The notes under the pieces are model-generated. The model was not told where the DNA came from, ran no database searches, and worked only from the letters and a program-made list of their open reading frames with translations. A stretch of 62,249 bases of DNA, the filler included, from Platydemus manokwari (Eukaryota), in the NCBI GenBank assembly GCA_037951405.1. It is 5 parts of 5 records of this genome, joined end to end, with 100 filler letters (N's around TTAATTAATTAA, not from the genome) between each part and the next. Parts side by side here need not be neighbours in the genome. Positions count along the whole stretch, not along the records: positions 9,144 to 21,976 come from JBBMOY011948049.1; positions 22,077 to 40,286 come from JBBMOY010522219.1; 3 more parts are not named here. The stretch is one strand, 5' to 3'. The position numbers and the translations under genes were made by a program. Below, piece after piece: positions 13,771-24,502 of the stretch. Position 1 is the stretch's first letter. Each line of letters opens with the position of its first letter.

Positions 13771-15479
13771 TATAATCCTAGCCTAAATACACATACATTT
13801 TTGCACAAACATTTTGCACCACATCTTGTACATATCCCGAAGAGAAGACATTCACGACTGAGCATGTAACCCTATTAAATAACTGCAAATCAGTAAGTAG
13901 CATCAAGTAAAAAATCCTTTAAGTAAAAAACCTTGATTGCAGATTGGCTAAAAGAATCGTGCCTAAGGAGGATAGACACCCGGACAGAGGACGATGCAGC
14001 GAATGACAAACAAGCAACCTCAGCAAAAAGCCCCAGCCCTCCAGTTATGGCATAGACAACTATTTGATAACTATGTGTTCATCTCAACTAATTATAATGC
14101 TGTGTGTTCATCTTGAATGATAACAATTGATTTTTTCCTTCAAAGCTTTGCTAAAAAATTATTATTATGTATGCTTTAGAAACCATTGTTTTTATTATGA
14201 ATATTTTGTTAAAAAAATAAACATTTAGCATGATTGTGTAATTTGTGTGTGCGGACGGAGCAAGTAGCAGATTGAGGGATGTGGTCCGACAGAAAAATTA
14301 AATGAAAAATATTAACAATTTGGAAAAATATTTATAATTACAGAGAGCAAGCACATAAATAAATAAATAAAGCCATTAAATCAAAGAAAATAAAATTAAG
14401 CCATGAATAATAAATATTAAAAAACAGCTAAATAAAATAAATAAATAAATTACAATGAACAAGAAAATATACTAACTACGAAAAGTACAAATATGGAAAA
14501 AATATATCAGCTAAACTAGATAAAAATGGATTAATTAAAATAATAAGCATGAGAATACACCAGTTACTACACCAGTTACTTGAGAAAACAAGCAAGTGAC
14601 GATTTCCCGGACGCCTATAAATACGGATGTTGGTCATGAGCACCACACACTTCAAAACATAACTCTAAAACAATATTTTGAACTCATGCCTAATCATAAT
14701 TCTAATTGCAACCTTTTTTGATCGGACGAAGCTAAGAAGATTAAGAAATTATCATTGTTTGGAAAATCAGTTGAAGGAAATTACTAAGTTCACTTTGGAT
14801 ATTCAGCTAAGTCGTTTACGCATTTGAAATTCTTTTATTTTTGTGGAGCATTAGCCAATTTAGTAGGAATTTTTTCAATTATCATTTATCATTAAGTGCT
14901 TACTCTGTATAATTAACTGTTAACTAATCATTAATTTCGTGAGCATAAACTTTTTGATATTGTTTTGTGAGTGAATAACGTCTCCCATTTTGCATAATTA
15001 AAATTAGCTTCGTCCGTTCCACAGATTTTCCTATTAATCGCTAAGGCGAGGTACGGGATATTTGATAACTTTTTGCGTTCTCTTTTTATTCTCTCCGTTT
15101 CTTAATTAATAAATATTTTTGATTCGACATTTTATATTTTGATTTCAAACCAGTTAGTATTATATATAATCGACACGATTATCATTTAACATCGAGCGTT
15201 GATCTACAAAGTTGTTTATAATTTATTAACTAAGATTGCGAGACTATTATTTCATTGTAAGGTATCAACTATTGGTTCGCTAATTAGTTCACATTATTCT
15301 AAATTGTTAATTAAATCAGGTTTTTATAACCGTATCATTATTTTCAGGCTCAGAGCAACTTCAACCATTAATTTTAAACTCGAATCATTTTCCAGTAGTT
15401 CGGTGTTCACATCAGTAAAATCCAAAATTAGCCGCAACCAAAACCATCAATTTTGTTTAATAATATGTATAGGATCTTC

Positions 15480-16060
15480 ATCATTTATTACTTGTCCGAG
15501 AAACTTGATTTCCTTTTTAAATCTTTAGTTTTTTCTGTATTTATTCTTAATCCAGCTTTCTCTATTTTTTGTATTGCTTTTCAAAGATTTTATAATGTTC
15601 TTCTACTGTTTTTGAAAGTATTAGTATATCATCTAAACAATCCTATATGCCTTTACTTCTCATACCCAACATTACTTTTGTCATTGGTTCTTGAAAGGTA
15701 CTGGGTACTGTTGCAATTGCAAATGGAATCCTTGTGAAACAATATTGACAATTTTTTGTTGAAAATGATGTGTCTGTCTTTTCTTTATCCATTCCTCGAT
15801 TTAGAAAATTCTTAAAATTCACTCCTAATTATGATTTATGGTGACATGCATTCGATAACAATAAACGATACATTGTTTGCATTGCATTTTCGAATTTCAA
15901 TGTTATTTTGGCAATTAACTCCAATTAACTAACTTTCCTCAATATTTTCTACTTCTATTTGTTCCAGTAATTTGAATATCTCGGTCTTCCTTGCATTCTA
16001 TTATATGAAATCTTTCCAGCTCCCATTTCGTCTAGTCACAATGTTGTTGTTTCATTTTCT
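15480..16060 (-). mobile_element. Ty3/Gypsy pol relic: protease end and reverse transcriptase
   Basis: DKEKT..FSTKNCQYCFTRIPFAIATVPSTFQ...CLDDILILSKTVEEHYKI...IEKAGLRINTEK...EIKFLGQVI, with stops and frameshifts. Confidence 0.85.
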
Positions 16061-16736
16061 TTCTAGCTTCTGTTTTCGTAATTGCCTGAGTAATTTTAGT
16101 TATAATTTTTATAATCTTCTCTTGCGTTTTCCAGTTATTTATGTTTAGTTATTTCTTTCTATCATTTTAATTCTTTTTCTTACAAGTTACATTATTTATG
16201 TTATTATCATGTTTACTTATTTTATTATTATTCGGTTTACTCACATTATAAATATTTATATAACTACTTATACTGGCGGTAGTCTGATAAAATGGAAATC
16301 ATAGCTTAGTGCATTAATCTAACCTACTCTCTTGAGGTCAGAAAGATTGATTTGGATTGAATTGTCCTCGAACTTCAATACAGCTATGAGACAACAAATG
16401 GTGTAAAAACAAAGATTCCTGAGAAGACTATTTCACAAAACTAAGTATTCGAAATTTCATGCGTTTTGCGAAATAAATAAAAAAAATGATTGAAAGTTTC
16501 TTATGAATTTGTAAACAAAACTCAAGAAGAAACCCCTTAAAATTCAAAACTTACGAAAAAGCTCAAAAAATTTAAAATTTTAATTATAAATGTGATGGAA
16601 TATTTCGTTTGGCAATATTAATGATCCAAATTAACCATAATAATTTTTTGATAATACGAATTATAATTTGATATATGATCGAAGTTATTCCATCAATATC
16701 TGATCCTTAGCAATAAATAAATCTTAAATACAGATA

Positions 16737-16816
16737 ATTACCTTTATACCAGATATGAATATAGATATGAATATATTACCTTTATACCAGATATGAATAT
16801 AGATATGAATATATTA
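16737..16816. repeat. 38-bp perfect tandem duplication with nested 12-bp repeats
   Basis: ATTACCTTTATACCAGATATGAATATAGATATGAATAT x2; AGATATGAATAT occurs twice within each unit. Confidence 0.9.
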
Positions 16817-18139
16817 AACAAGTCAAATGAAGGCTGATAAAGTATATTAGTTTATCAAAATGATATACAATTATAGATAGAATACGACAAATGTGTAACA
16901 CTCATCGATTTCGATTACAATTTGTTATGCCCTGAAGATGTGAAACAACTTGTAATGAGAACTAATTACACTCAACCATGGATGAATTTAGTTGCAGTAT
17001 CTTTATTAATTTATATTTACTATAAGTGTTATCTAGTTATCGCTTTAATTTCACCAAACTATCGAGACAATATCTATTGGTAATTTTTATTTAGAAGAAC
17101 GAAATATTTTTAACAATGGAAATAAAAAAAAATTGTTCCATTATTCGATGTGCTACTAAAGTTGGTCATGAGTAACCAGAAGTGGATGGCGAAGTATGGG
17201 AGGACACAAACATTGAGCACGTTAGGTTAATAATAATCACAATCAAAGTGCAAATATAAAGATAGATTATAAAATTATAAAATTATTATTTTCATTAAGC
17301 TATTGCACTTTCCATGAAATTGATAAGGCTTGTGAATAGATAAATAGTTTTCGATTTTAAAAATAGAAATTATAATATTAACATAACACCGACCACTTTG
17401 ATCTAAAATGCGTGAGGCGTTTTAAGAGCGAAATCGATTTAAGACTGGAAGTGATTTTTAAATCGTTCAAAAAAATTTAAAATTTCGTAAGAAAAAAGCT
17501 GTTTTGAAGTCATTCAATGATCTTGTAAATCCACCGATAATTCAAATCAATTATTTAATAAACTCTCTATAAAAGAAATCAATTATTTGACAAATAAACG
17601 AAATATTCGATATAATTCCCGCAATGAAATATCATATATGATCGCAATAAATCAATTGAATAAACATATCTTTCGGAAACACAACACATTGAAAATAATC
17701 ATTTAATTAAATATGATATATCTCTGATCGATTTTTTTCAAAAATTAATAAAAATGTTGACAAAATCTTATAAGGAAACTAAGGTGAACAAAGACAGCCA
17801 TTGACAAACTAGACCTTCATGGCAAAGCGATAAAAGAAGGGAAATAAACTAATGACAACAGAAAAGCAAATAAAATTAGATATAAATATTAGAGGAAAAT
17901 TCACTCAAAGGGACAAAAACAATTTTCAAAATGATTTTGCACTTGCTACCACTGGTTAAATATTTATTGATCATTAAGATGCATTATCATATTTGAGACA
18001 TTGGACTATCAAATTACCTTTATAGACAAAGATTTCCAGTAATAATTCCAGCACATTTTCATTCTAAATTCCAAAACATCTCATCTATCATTTTACTTGA
18101 CCGTATGTTTTGTCAAATATCAATTAACGCGGAATATTA

Positions 18140-18800
18140 AAAAATGTAATTATAATGACCAAGTTACACTTTAAAGTCAGAGAAACAACGTTCATATCCT
18201 GAATTACTCTCAGCGAGTAAATTAAATTAACAATTTCGAGTGGGATCAGCATCCAAGATATCTAAGCATCAATAGAAATAACGTCCTTGTAAGATTGGTA
18301 ATGAGATTTTATGAGGATTTTAAAATGAAATTATATTTGAAATATTTTAAAATCAAAGTTTTTGTAAAATATTGATTTAAATAATTGTGGCTAAAATATA
18401 ATTTGAGGTCTTGACTTTTTAGTAATTTTCCAAAGCTTGTTTTATAAAAAGTAGGGGCTTAAAAATTATCATATAAATCAATTAAGACAGACATAAAGTT
18501 AACGCTCATACAAAGTGTGTGTTTACCTGCTATCTTGTAGTTTTGCTTTTTTATTCGTTAAAACCGTCCACATACTTGTTTAATGGTAGATTCTCTTCCA
18601 AATTTCTTGTCATTGACTTATATTGATATTCGATTTATATAGTTAATATCTACCAATCGATTATTGAATTCAATTTATGGATTGATATTTTGGAGGTATC
18701 TCTGTTTGGCAATTGATATGAACGCTCAGCGAGTATGCGTGTATCGTTCCTTTCATTGGTTATTCCGAGGTCACCATAAATATCTTGCTTGCTTTTGTTA
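18140..18800 (-). repeat. Dispersed repeat, copy A (homologous to 52633-53120)
   Basis: Shared blocks AAAATGTAATTATAAT..GTTACACTTTAAA, TGTAGTTTT.C.TTTTT, TTTTGGAGG, GTGTATCG, TGGTTATTCCGAG, GCTTGCTTTT in the same order. Confidence 0.7.
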
Positions 18801-19382
18801 TGCACTCAGAAATTTATTTAATGTGACTCGTGTTTTCATTAAATCATTCAAGTCGTATCAACGCAAAACATCAAATTCAAGACATAATTAATTAGATATC
18901 TATATTTGTATTAAACTAAATAAAACTCTACCAGGTTCGTGCTGGAATTTATCAATAAAGTATATTAAGGATCAGTATTTAATATAATACAATAGATCAA
19001 TTAATTCCAGCGATTCGCTATGTTGAGTTTATATTTTCGTGCGACATTTAAATTTCCGTATGTTAGAAATTACTATTATCGATTAACAAGAAACATCTTT
19101 CGTTTTCTAAATACTTTAAAATACATTTGTTTTCATTATTTATGTTTATATTTTTTTAACATTAATGTGTTAACATTTCTAAACATTTATTTTATTATTT
19201 TGTAACAAAGTATTATTAATACCAAATTATATCTATTGATTATATTATATTCATCCAAAGATTAAAGAAAAGTTATTAAATCAAATTTTAAGTATTATCA
19301 GTATTTTTCAAAAATTATTTAAAAAATTCCAAAATTTTAAATAAAATGTTGATTATTTGTTTTAACGTTCCATTTAACAGTT

Positions 19383-19394
19383 GTTACTAGCAAA
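19383..19394 (+). promoter_or_regulatory. Candidate RFX X-box
   Basis: GTTACTAGCAAA, one mismatch from GTTACT-AGCAAC, about 20 nt upstream of the ATG at 19415. Confidence 0.35.
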
Positions 19395-19414
19395 ATAGTT
19401 TAATCAGATTTGAA

Positions 19415-19966
19415 ATGTCATCTGTAAAAATTCCCATTCCGGGACCTGTAGTAAAACCATCAAAAATTAAAATTCGACCTAGCTCTGCTTCAGGAAATAT
19501 TCAAACTCACCCGATCTATAATACGGGATTGTATGATAAGAAATGCATTTTCCAGAAAGATAAAGTTAAAGAAAATTTGAATGATATAAGTAAATTAAAA
19601 AAATCCGGAACCCATATTGGTTTCACTAAAGAATCTATCAGAGTCATTGAACCGAAAGATGAAATTAAAAAACCCAGACGACGAACAGTGGAAATTGTAA
19701 ATGGCATGGATATATCGAAATTTATCGGTCGGGAAATGTCATTGTCTTTACAAAAACACAATTTATTAGAAAAAGTTTATTTTATTTGAAGTAGATAATC
19801 TCACTTGACCATCTCTTGCCGATAGATTGAGGAGAAAATTGATTTGTTGGTGTTGGAAGAGCTGAAAGTTGCATTCGAAAATGCCGAATATGACAGATCT
19901 GGCAAATTGGATTTATCGGAATTCAAAGCACTGCTAAAGGAAAAACTCCAACTGCCGACATTCGAA
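19415..19966 (+). CDS. First two exons of an EF-hand protein, WDR49/WDR64/WDY-like N-terminus; partial
   Basis: Exon 19415-19774, 51-nt GT..AG intron, exon 19826-19966 (IEEKIDLLVLEELKVAFENAEYDRSGKLDLSEFKALLKEKL; EF-hand loop E.D.SG.LD..EF), then a GTATTT donor. No third exon was seen before the gap. Confidence 0.7.
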
Positions 19967-20137
19967 GTATTTTCTTTCTTTGATTTACTTTTATTTTGAG
20001 AGCAAATATATTTTGGAAAAAATATTAAATGATTTAAATGAAAATGGAATTCAAAAACAATTGACAACATCTGAAAATAATTTTTCTTTATTTTATTGAT
20101 TTTATTTTTTAGACATTTTAATATTTATCTGATTTTC

Positions 20138-20673
20138 GGGCTGAAGTTAAGAAAAGTAGTTCTAAAATAAAATTTTAAATTAATTGAGTGCATTGCAAAA
20201 ATCTATATAGTTTATTTAATTATATTCTTTAAAAACATTTTGAATTTTTTATTTAAGCACTTAAGAAGAATTTTAATTGTTTGAAATCAAATATTAAGTA
20301 GATTAGAGCTTGAAAATCTCCTAAAATTTGATTATTTGAAAACGGATCAAAGTAGGTCGAATTGCAATTTATTGAAAATTATTGAGGACTCCTTTTTATA
20401 ACATTAGAAGCAAATTAAGAGATATTCTCAATTTTTTCAATTATTTTATAAAAATAACCAATGATATTATTAAACATATCTGTAGTTAACCAACTCGATT
20501 TATAATTATAAAATTTTAATTAAAAAACTCGAATAATCATATAGAAGTGTTGTGATTAGAATGAGAACTTGGTTTTTAAACTATATATATAATTAAGTTA
20601 TAAAATTATCCTCTGCGCGAAAATTCATTGTAACGAAAGTAGGTCAAAAAACCCCTTTTCTCAACTTAAGCGC
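20138..20673. mobile_element. AT-rich non-autonomous TIR element, complete copy
   Basis: Left GGGCTGAAGTTAAGAAAAG versus right CTTTTCTCAACTTAAGCGC (imperfect inverted repeat); the body matches 39883-40286 and 22077-22360. Confidence 0.65.
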
Positions 20674-21511
20674 TTATTTTTCACAAATTATATCTTAAAA
20701 TTATCATTGGGCTGTATTTTTTAAACGTTAAACATATGGAACATTTATAGCCACAAACACTCACTCTCCAATTACGAAATCTTGCAATTATCCATTCATT
20801 ATTTCGGTACACAATGTCCATTTACTCGGTGCTTTCAACATCTTCCACGTACTGCAATGCTAATTATTCTTTCAATTTGTGTATCATCATTGGCTGGCGC
20901 GTTCACATCGTCAGATGTCCTCAACCAACTGCAAATGGAGATAAATTGCTACGTGGTAAAATAGCTGAAAGTGACACTCTTGACAATGTTAACGACGAAA
21001 TAGATCTCCAAACAAATTATTGCTACTCGTCAATCACGATTTAATATTGAATTTATAAGTTGCTTTCGTCGTAATTGAAACCAGTGGGACATTGAACATG
21101 ATTGATTAAATGATTATTTAAGAGCTTAATTTAAAAATTTTCTTTTTCAAAACAAGATTGCTTTTGATGTTATAACCTATAGTACTATTTATACAAATTT
21201 GATGTTCAACACTTTAATTATAAATAGCCTATATCTCTGTCATCTTAACCAATTAGATCAATATTTCTTCAATCATTCTTCAAATTATCATTAATAACTT
21301 AATAATTTATATTTGACTGTCAAATGCTTTGCGTGATCTCCATAAATATCTATGGTGATCTACAAAAAGATGTCAGCATTAAGGTCAATCAACCAATGAA
21401 TGTATACAACAGTTTAATAAACTGATAATTAACACAAAGTCATTTATTTTACAATTAGTAAGTTGTAAGGCTAATCTTGTACTTATTTTTGAAGCAAAAT
21501 TTTTTAATGTG

Positions 21512-21976
21512 ATGCGCTACATGCAGATTTGTAGAACTTATCGATTGAAAATGTTAATCAAAAGGAAAATTCTAGCATTTTTCACATTAATATTTATCAT
21601 TTTATTGATGATTCAACAATTCTATGTCGAATATCCCTTCTACACACATTTCAAACATTCTCCAATCACAGTTCAAAATGAGAAAATTGTTAAAATTATC
21701 CATCAGTCTTGGAAAACAAAAACGATACCTGATTTTTTCAGAAATTATAGCAAATCATGGACGGATTATTGTTTCAAAGATTGGGAATATATGTTCTGGA
21801 CAGATGATGACAATTTCAATCTCATCAAAACTTATTATCCATGGTTTGTTGACAAATACAAAGCGTTACCAACGAATATTTATCGTGCTGATGTTAGTCG
21901 ATATTTCTATTTATTCCATTATGGAGGAATTTATACCGATCTCGATAATGAATGTTTGAAACCATTCGATCATTTA
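21512..21976 (+). CDS. Type II membrane GT32 (DXD) glycosyltransferase, SUR1/CSH1/OCH1-like; truncated by gap
   Basis: N-terminal TM (ILAFFTLIFIILLMI), KIIHQSWK, WEYMFWTDDD, RADVSRYFYLFHYGGIYTDLD (DXD), ECLKPFD; no intron in the visible part. Confidence 0.88.
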
Positions 21977-22076
21977 NNNNNNNNNNNNNNNNNNNNNNNN
22001 NNNNNNNNNNNNNNNNNNNNTTAATTAATTAANNNNNNNNNNNNNNNNNNNNNNNNNNNNNNNNNNNNNNNNNNNN
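21977..22076. other. Artificial contig spacer
   Basis: 44N + TTAATTAATTAA + 44N. Confidence 0.97.
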
Positions 22077-22360
22077 TGTAATTAACTAACTCGATTTATA
22101 ATTATAAAAATTTAAAAACTCAAATAATCATATAGAAGTGTTGTGATTAGAATTGGGAATTGGTTTTAAAACTATATTATATCGCCATTGGATGTCTTAA
22201 AAAACGAGATATTAACTGAATTATACAAATGAATCAAACATAGCAGTTATATATAAAATAAAGTTATAAAATTATTTCATGGGAGAGAATTTATTGTTTT
22301 GGATTTATTGTTATTGGGTCAGAGAACCCCTTTCTTAGCTGAAGTCATTAAAATGATAAA
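22077..22360. mobile_element. 3' part of the 20138-20673 TIR element
   Basis: Matches 20481-20670 (AACTCGATTTATAATTATAAAA..AATAATCATATAGAAGTGTTGTGATTAGAAT) and ends in the TIR CCCTTTCTTAGCTGAAG. Confidence 0.7.
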
Positions 22361-23632
22361 GCGAATAAAACATAATAATTATAATACTATTAATAATATC
22401 TTTAATATTATAATACAAATAATAAAATACTGAAAATGAGGTTAAATTGCCAAAACTTCACAAATGTTTTGACAAATGATGTTGTTCATAAGATGATGCT
22501 GCTAACTACAAACATTGAAATCATATTAAAATTGTATAGAATCTTTTAAAACCGATTTTTACATTGACATTCATCATAACAGAAGGAAATTTATTCTAGC
22601 TAAATCTAAATTTATAATAATATCTATAATGAAATTTTATTTTACAATAACATAGCTATTATTATTCCAGCATTTTGTATATCAGATAAATAATATAAAT
22701 AATATGAAGAGATTCTGCTAATGAATTGAGGAATGAAATTGCAAAAACATTGAAAATCGGGATAAAATATCAACGAATCTTCTCTCAGAAGATAATTTTT
22801 TAAAGTGATACAGTGACATGATATCGATATTATCCCTAACCTCCAAATCAGATGAATATAATGATAAAAAACATAGTATTTCCATCAAACTAGTCCGAAT
22901 TCGATTTAGCAATTCTTTTTTTTAATTGGACTCGGGTGAGTGATTTCGTTTTTAATTTTTCTTTTTCAAAATCAGTCGATATCAACTCGCTCATTGATCT
23001 GCTCACCAGACGATTCAATTAAACCTATCAAGTTTTAAAAGTAAAAATAGGTATTGCACATTAAATCATAAATGAAACTGGTCTCGTTGAAGATCAGGAT
23101 TTATCAAGTGCTTTTTTTGAAGAAAAAGAATTTAAAATTTTGTCTTGATTTCCCAAAATCTTCATTTTATAAAATCTAGAACTGTGTTCTGCTCTTCAAA
23201 TAAGAAATTTTTATATCGTTAATGAGATATCATATATAAATTCCCTAATTTCCAGTGTATTCTCGTCGGTTTAAACAAAGAAATGAGAAATGAAATAATA
23301 AAAAATAGCTTTAGGCGCCATAAACAAATTTTTTTAGGAAATTCAAAGAATATGTATTATTAAAATCATTCAAAATCAATATTGTTTTCTTGAAAATTCA
23401 TCTCTTTGAAGTAATCAATAAAAATTTCTGATAATTTATTTTAGCTGTCTCCTCATTTTAATTTAAATTTTCTTTATATAATTTATTAATGCCGATAACA
23501 AATAATAAAAAAAGAGAGTTTGGAATTTCTTAAGCATTTTCTAATTCTGATTAACCAAGGCTTCCTTTTGGAATTGTAAATATTCTCCTGTGTATAAGGA
23601 TAATAAAAATCTAACATAATAATTACAAACGG

Positions 23633-24502
23633 TACGAATTATTGGTAAGAGTCTTAAAATTGGGTTATTTAATCATCAGTGTTCCAATCTATTCAGAATG
23701 CCAACTATACTTGTTTCATAGCGTTTCGATCTTTTGTAAGTAAAATACTCCCCAAAAAAGGACTTCTTCCGGAAATGATCAATTAGCAGACTAATTTTGT
23801 AAATATCAATTATATTTCGATGGTTTATATTTGTAACAGAATTTATTTAAATCGATAAGGTAGAAGCCGTCGTTTATTCACTTCGATGAAATTTTATCAA
23901 AATCTAAAAAAGTACAATTGAAAATATAAGGAACCCATCTGCTGCAAAGTGTTGCAAGTTCTTGTGTCAATATGCGGCGAACACTCATTTCTTTAATGTC
24001 AGTGACTCTTGAAATGGCTGGACAACTTAAGTGGGAATCTTCTTCAATCATTTTACGCATTTCTGCAGTGTTCGTCCTTGGTCTTTCTGAACCTTTTTTC
24101 GCTCAAAATGTGTTCGCTGTTCTTCTGCAAACTCAGATGACGTTCTCTGCTCTCCAACTTTCGACAAGAAAGCGATGAATTTTGGTAGTCGAAAAATTAT
24201 TTCGCGTTAAAGCTGCAACGAATAAATTTTTGTCGCATTGATTTGCCTTCACCTTTCAGGCCAAATCATTTAATCAATTCGAATCGATTTATTTAAATTT
24301 AAATCTTGAATTTTCCAGTCTTGTTGATGATCTACCTGCCAATCTGTATATATTGATAATATTTATAATAATAAAATCAATCCAAGTTATTCGAAAGTGT
24401 TTTGTTTGAATCGTACGAAAGCGATAAGTAAAATATACATATAACAAAGAAATAAATTGTCAGAAACCTACCATGTCAATAAAACTTAATCAAGTACTCG
24501 TA
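23633..24502 (-). mobile_element. Internally deleted, decayed mariner element
   Basis: TTKIHRFLVESW..ERPRT..RKMIEEDSHLSCPAISRVTDIKEMSVRRILTQELATLCSRWVP (HTH + WVP motif); C-terminal GEYF near 23745. Boundaries rest on weak TACGA..TCGTA termini. Confidence 0.7.

Noticed and set aside
16931-16948. Hammerhead-like core CTGAAGA..GAAAC
   Set aside because: Only 3 nt separate the conserved boxes and no supporting stems are evident.
18664-18891. Plus-strand ORF similar in translation to 52882-53178, suggesting a small protein family
   Set aside because: Both start at non-ATG codons and lie in a dispersed repeat; DNA homology explains the similarity, and the coding signal is more plausible on the minus strand.
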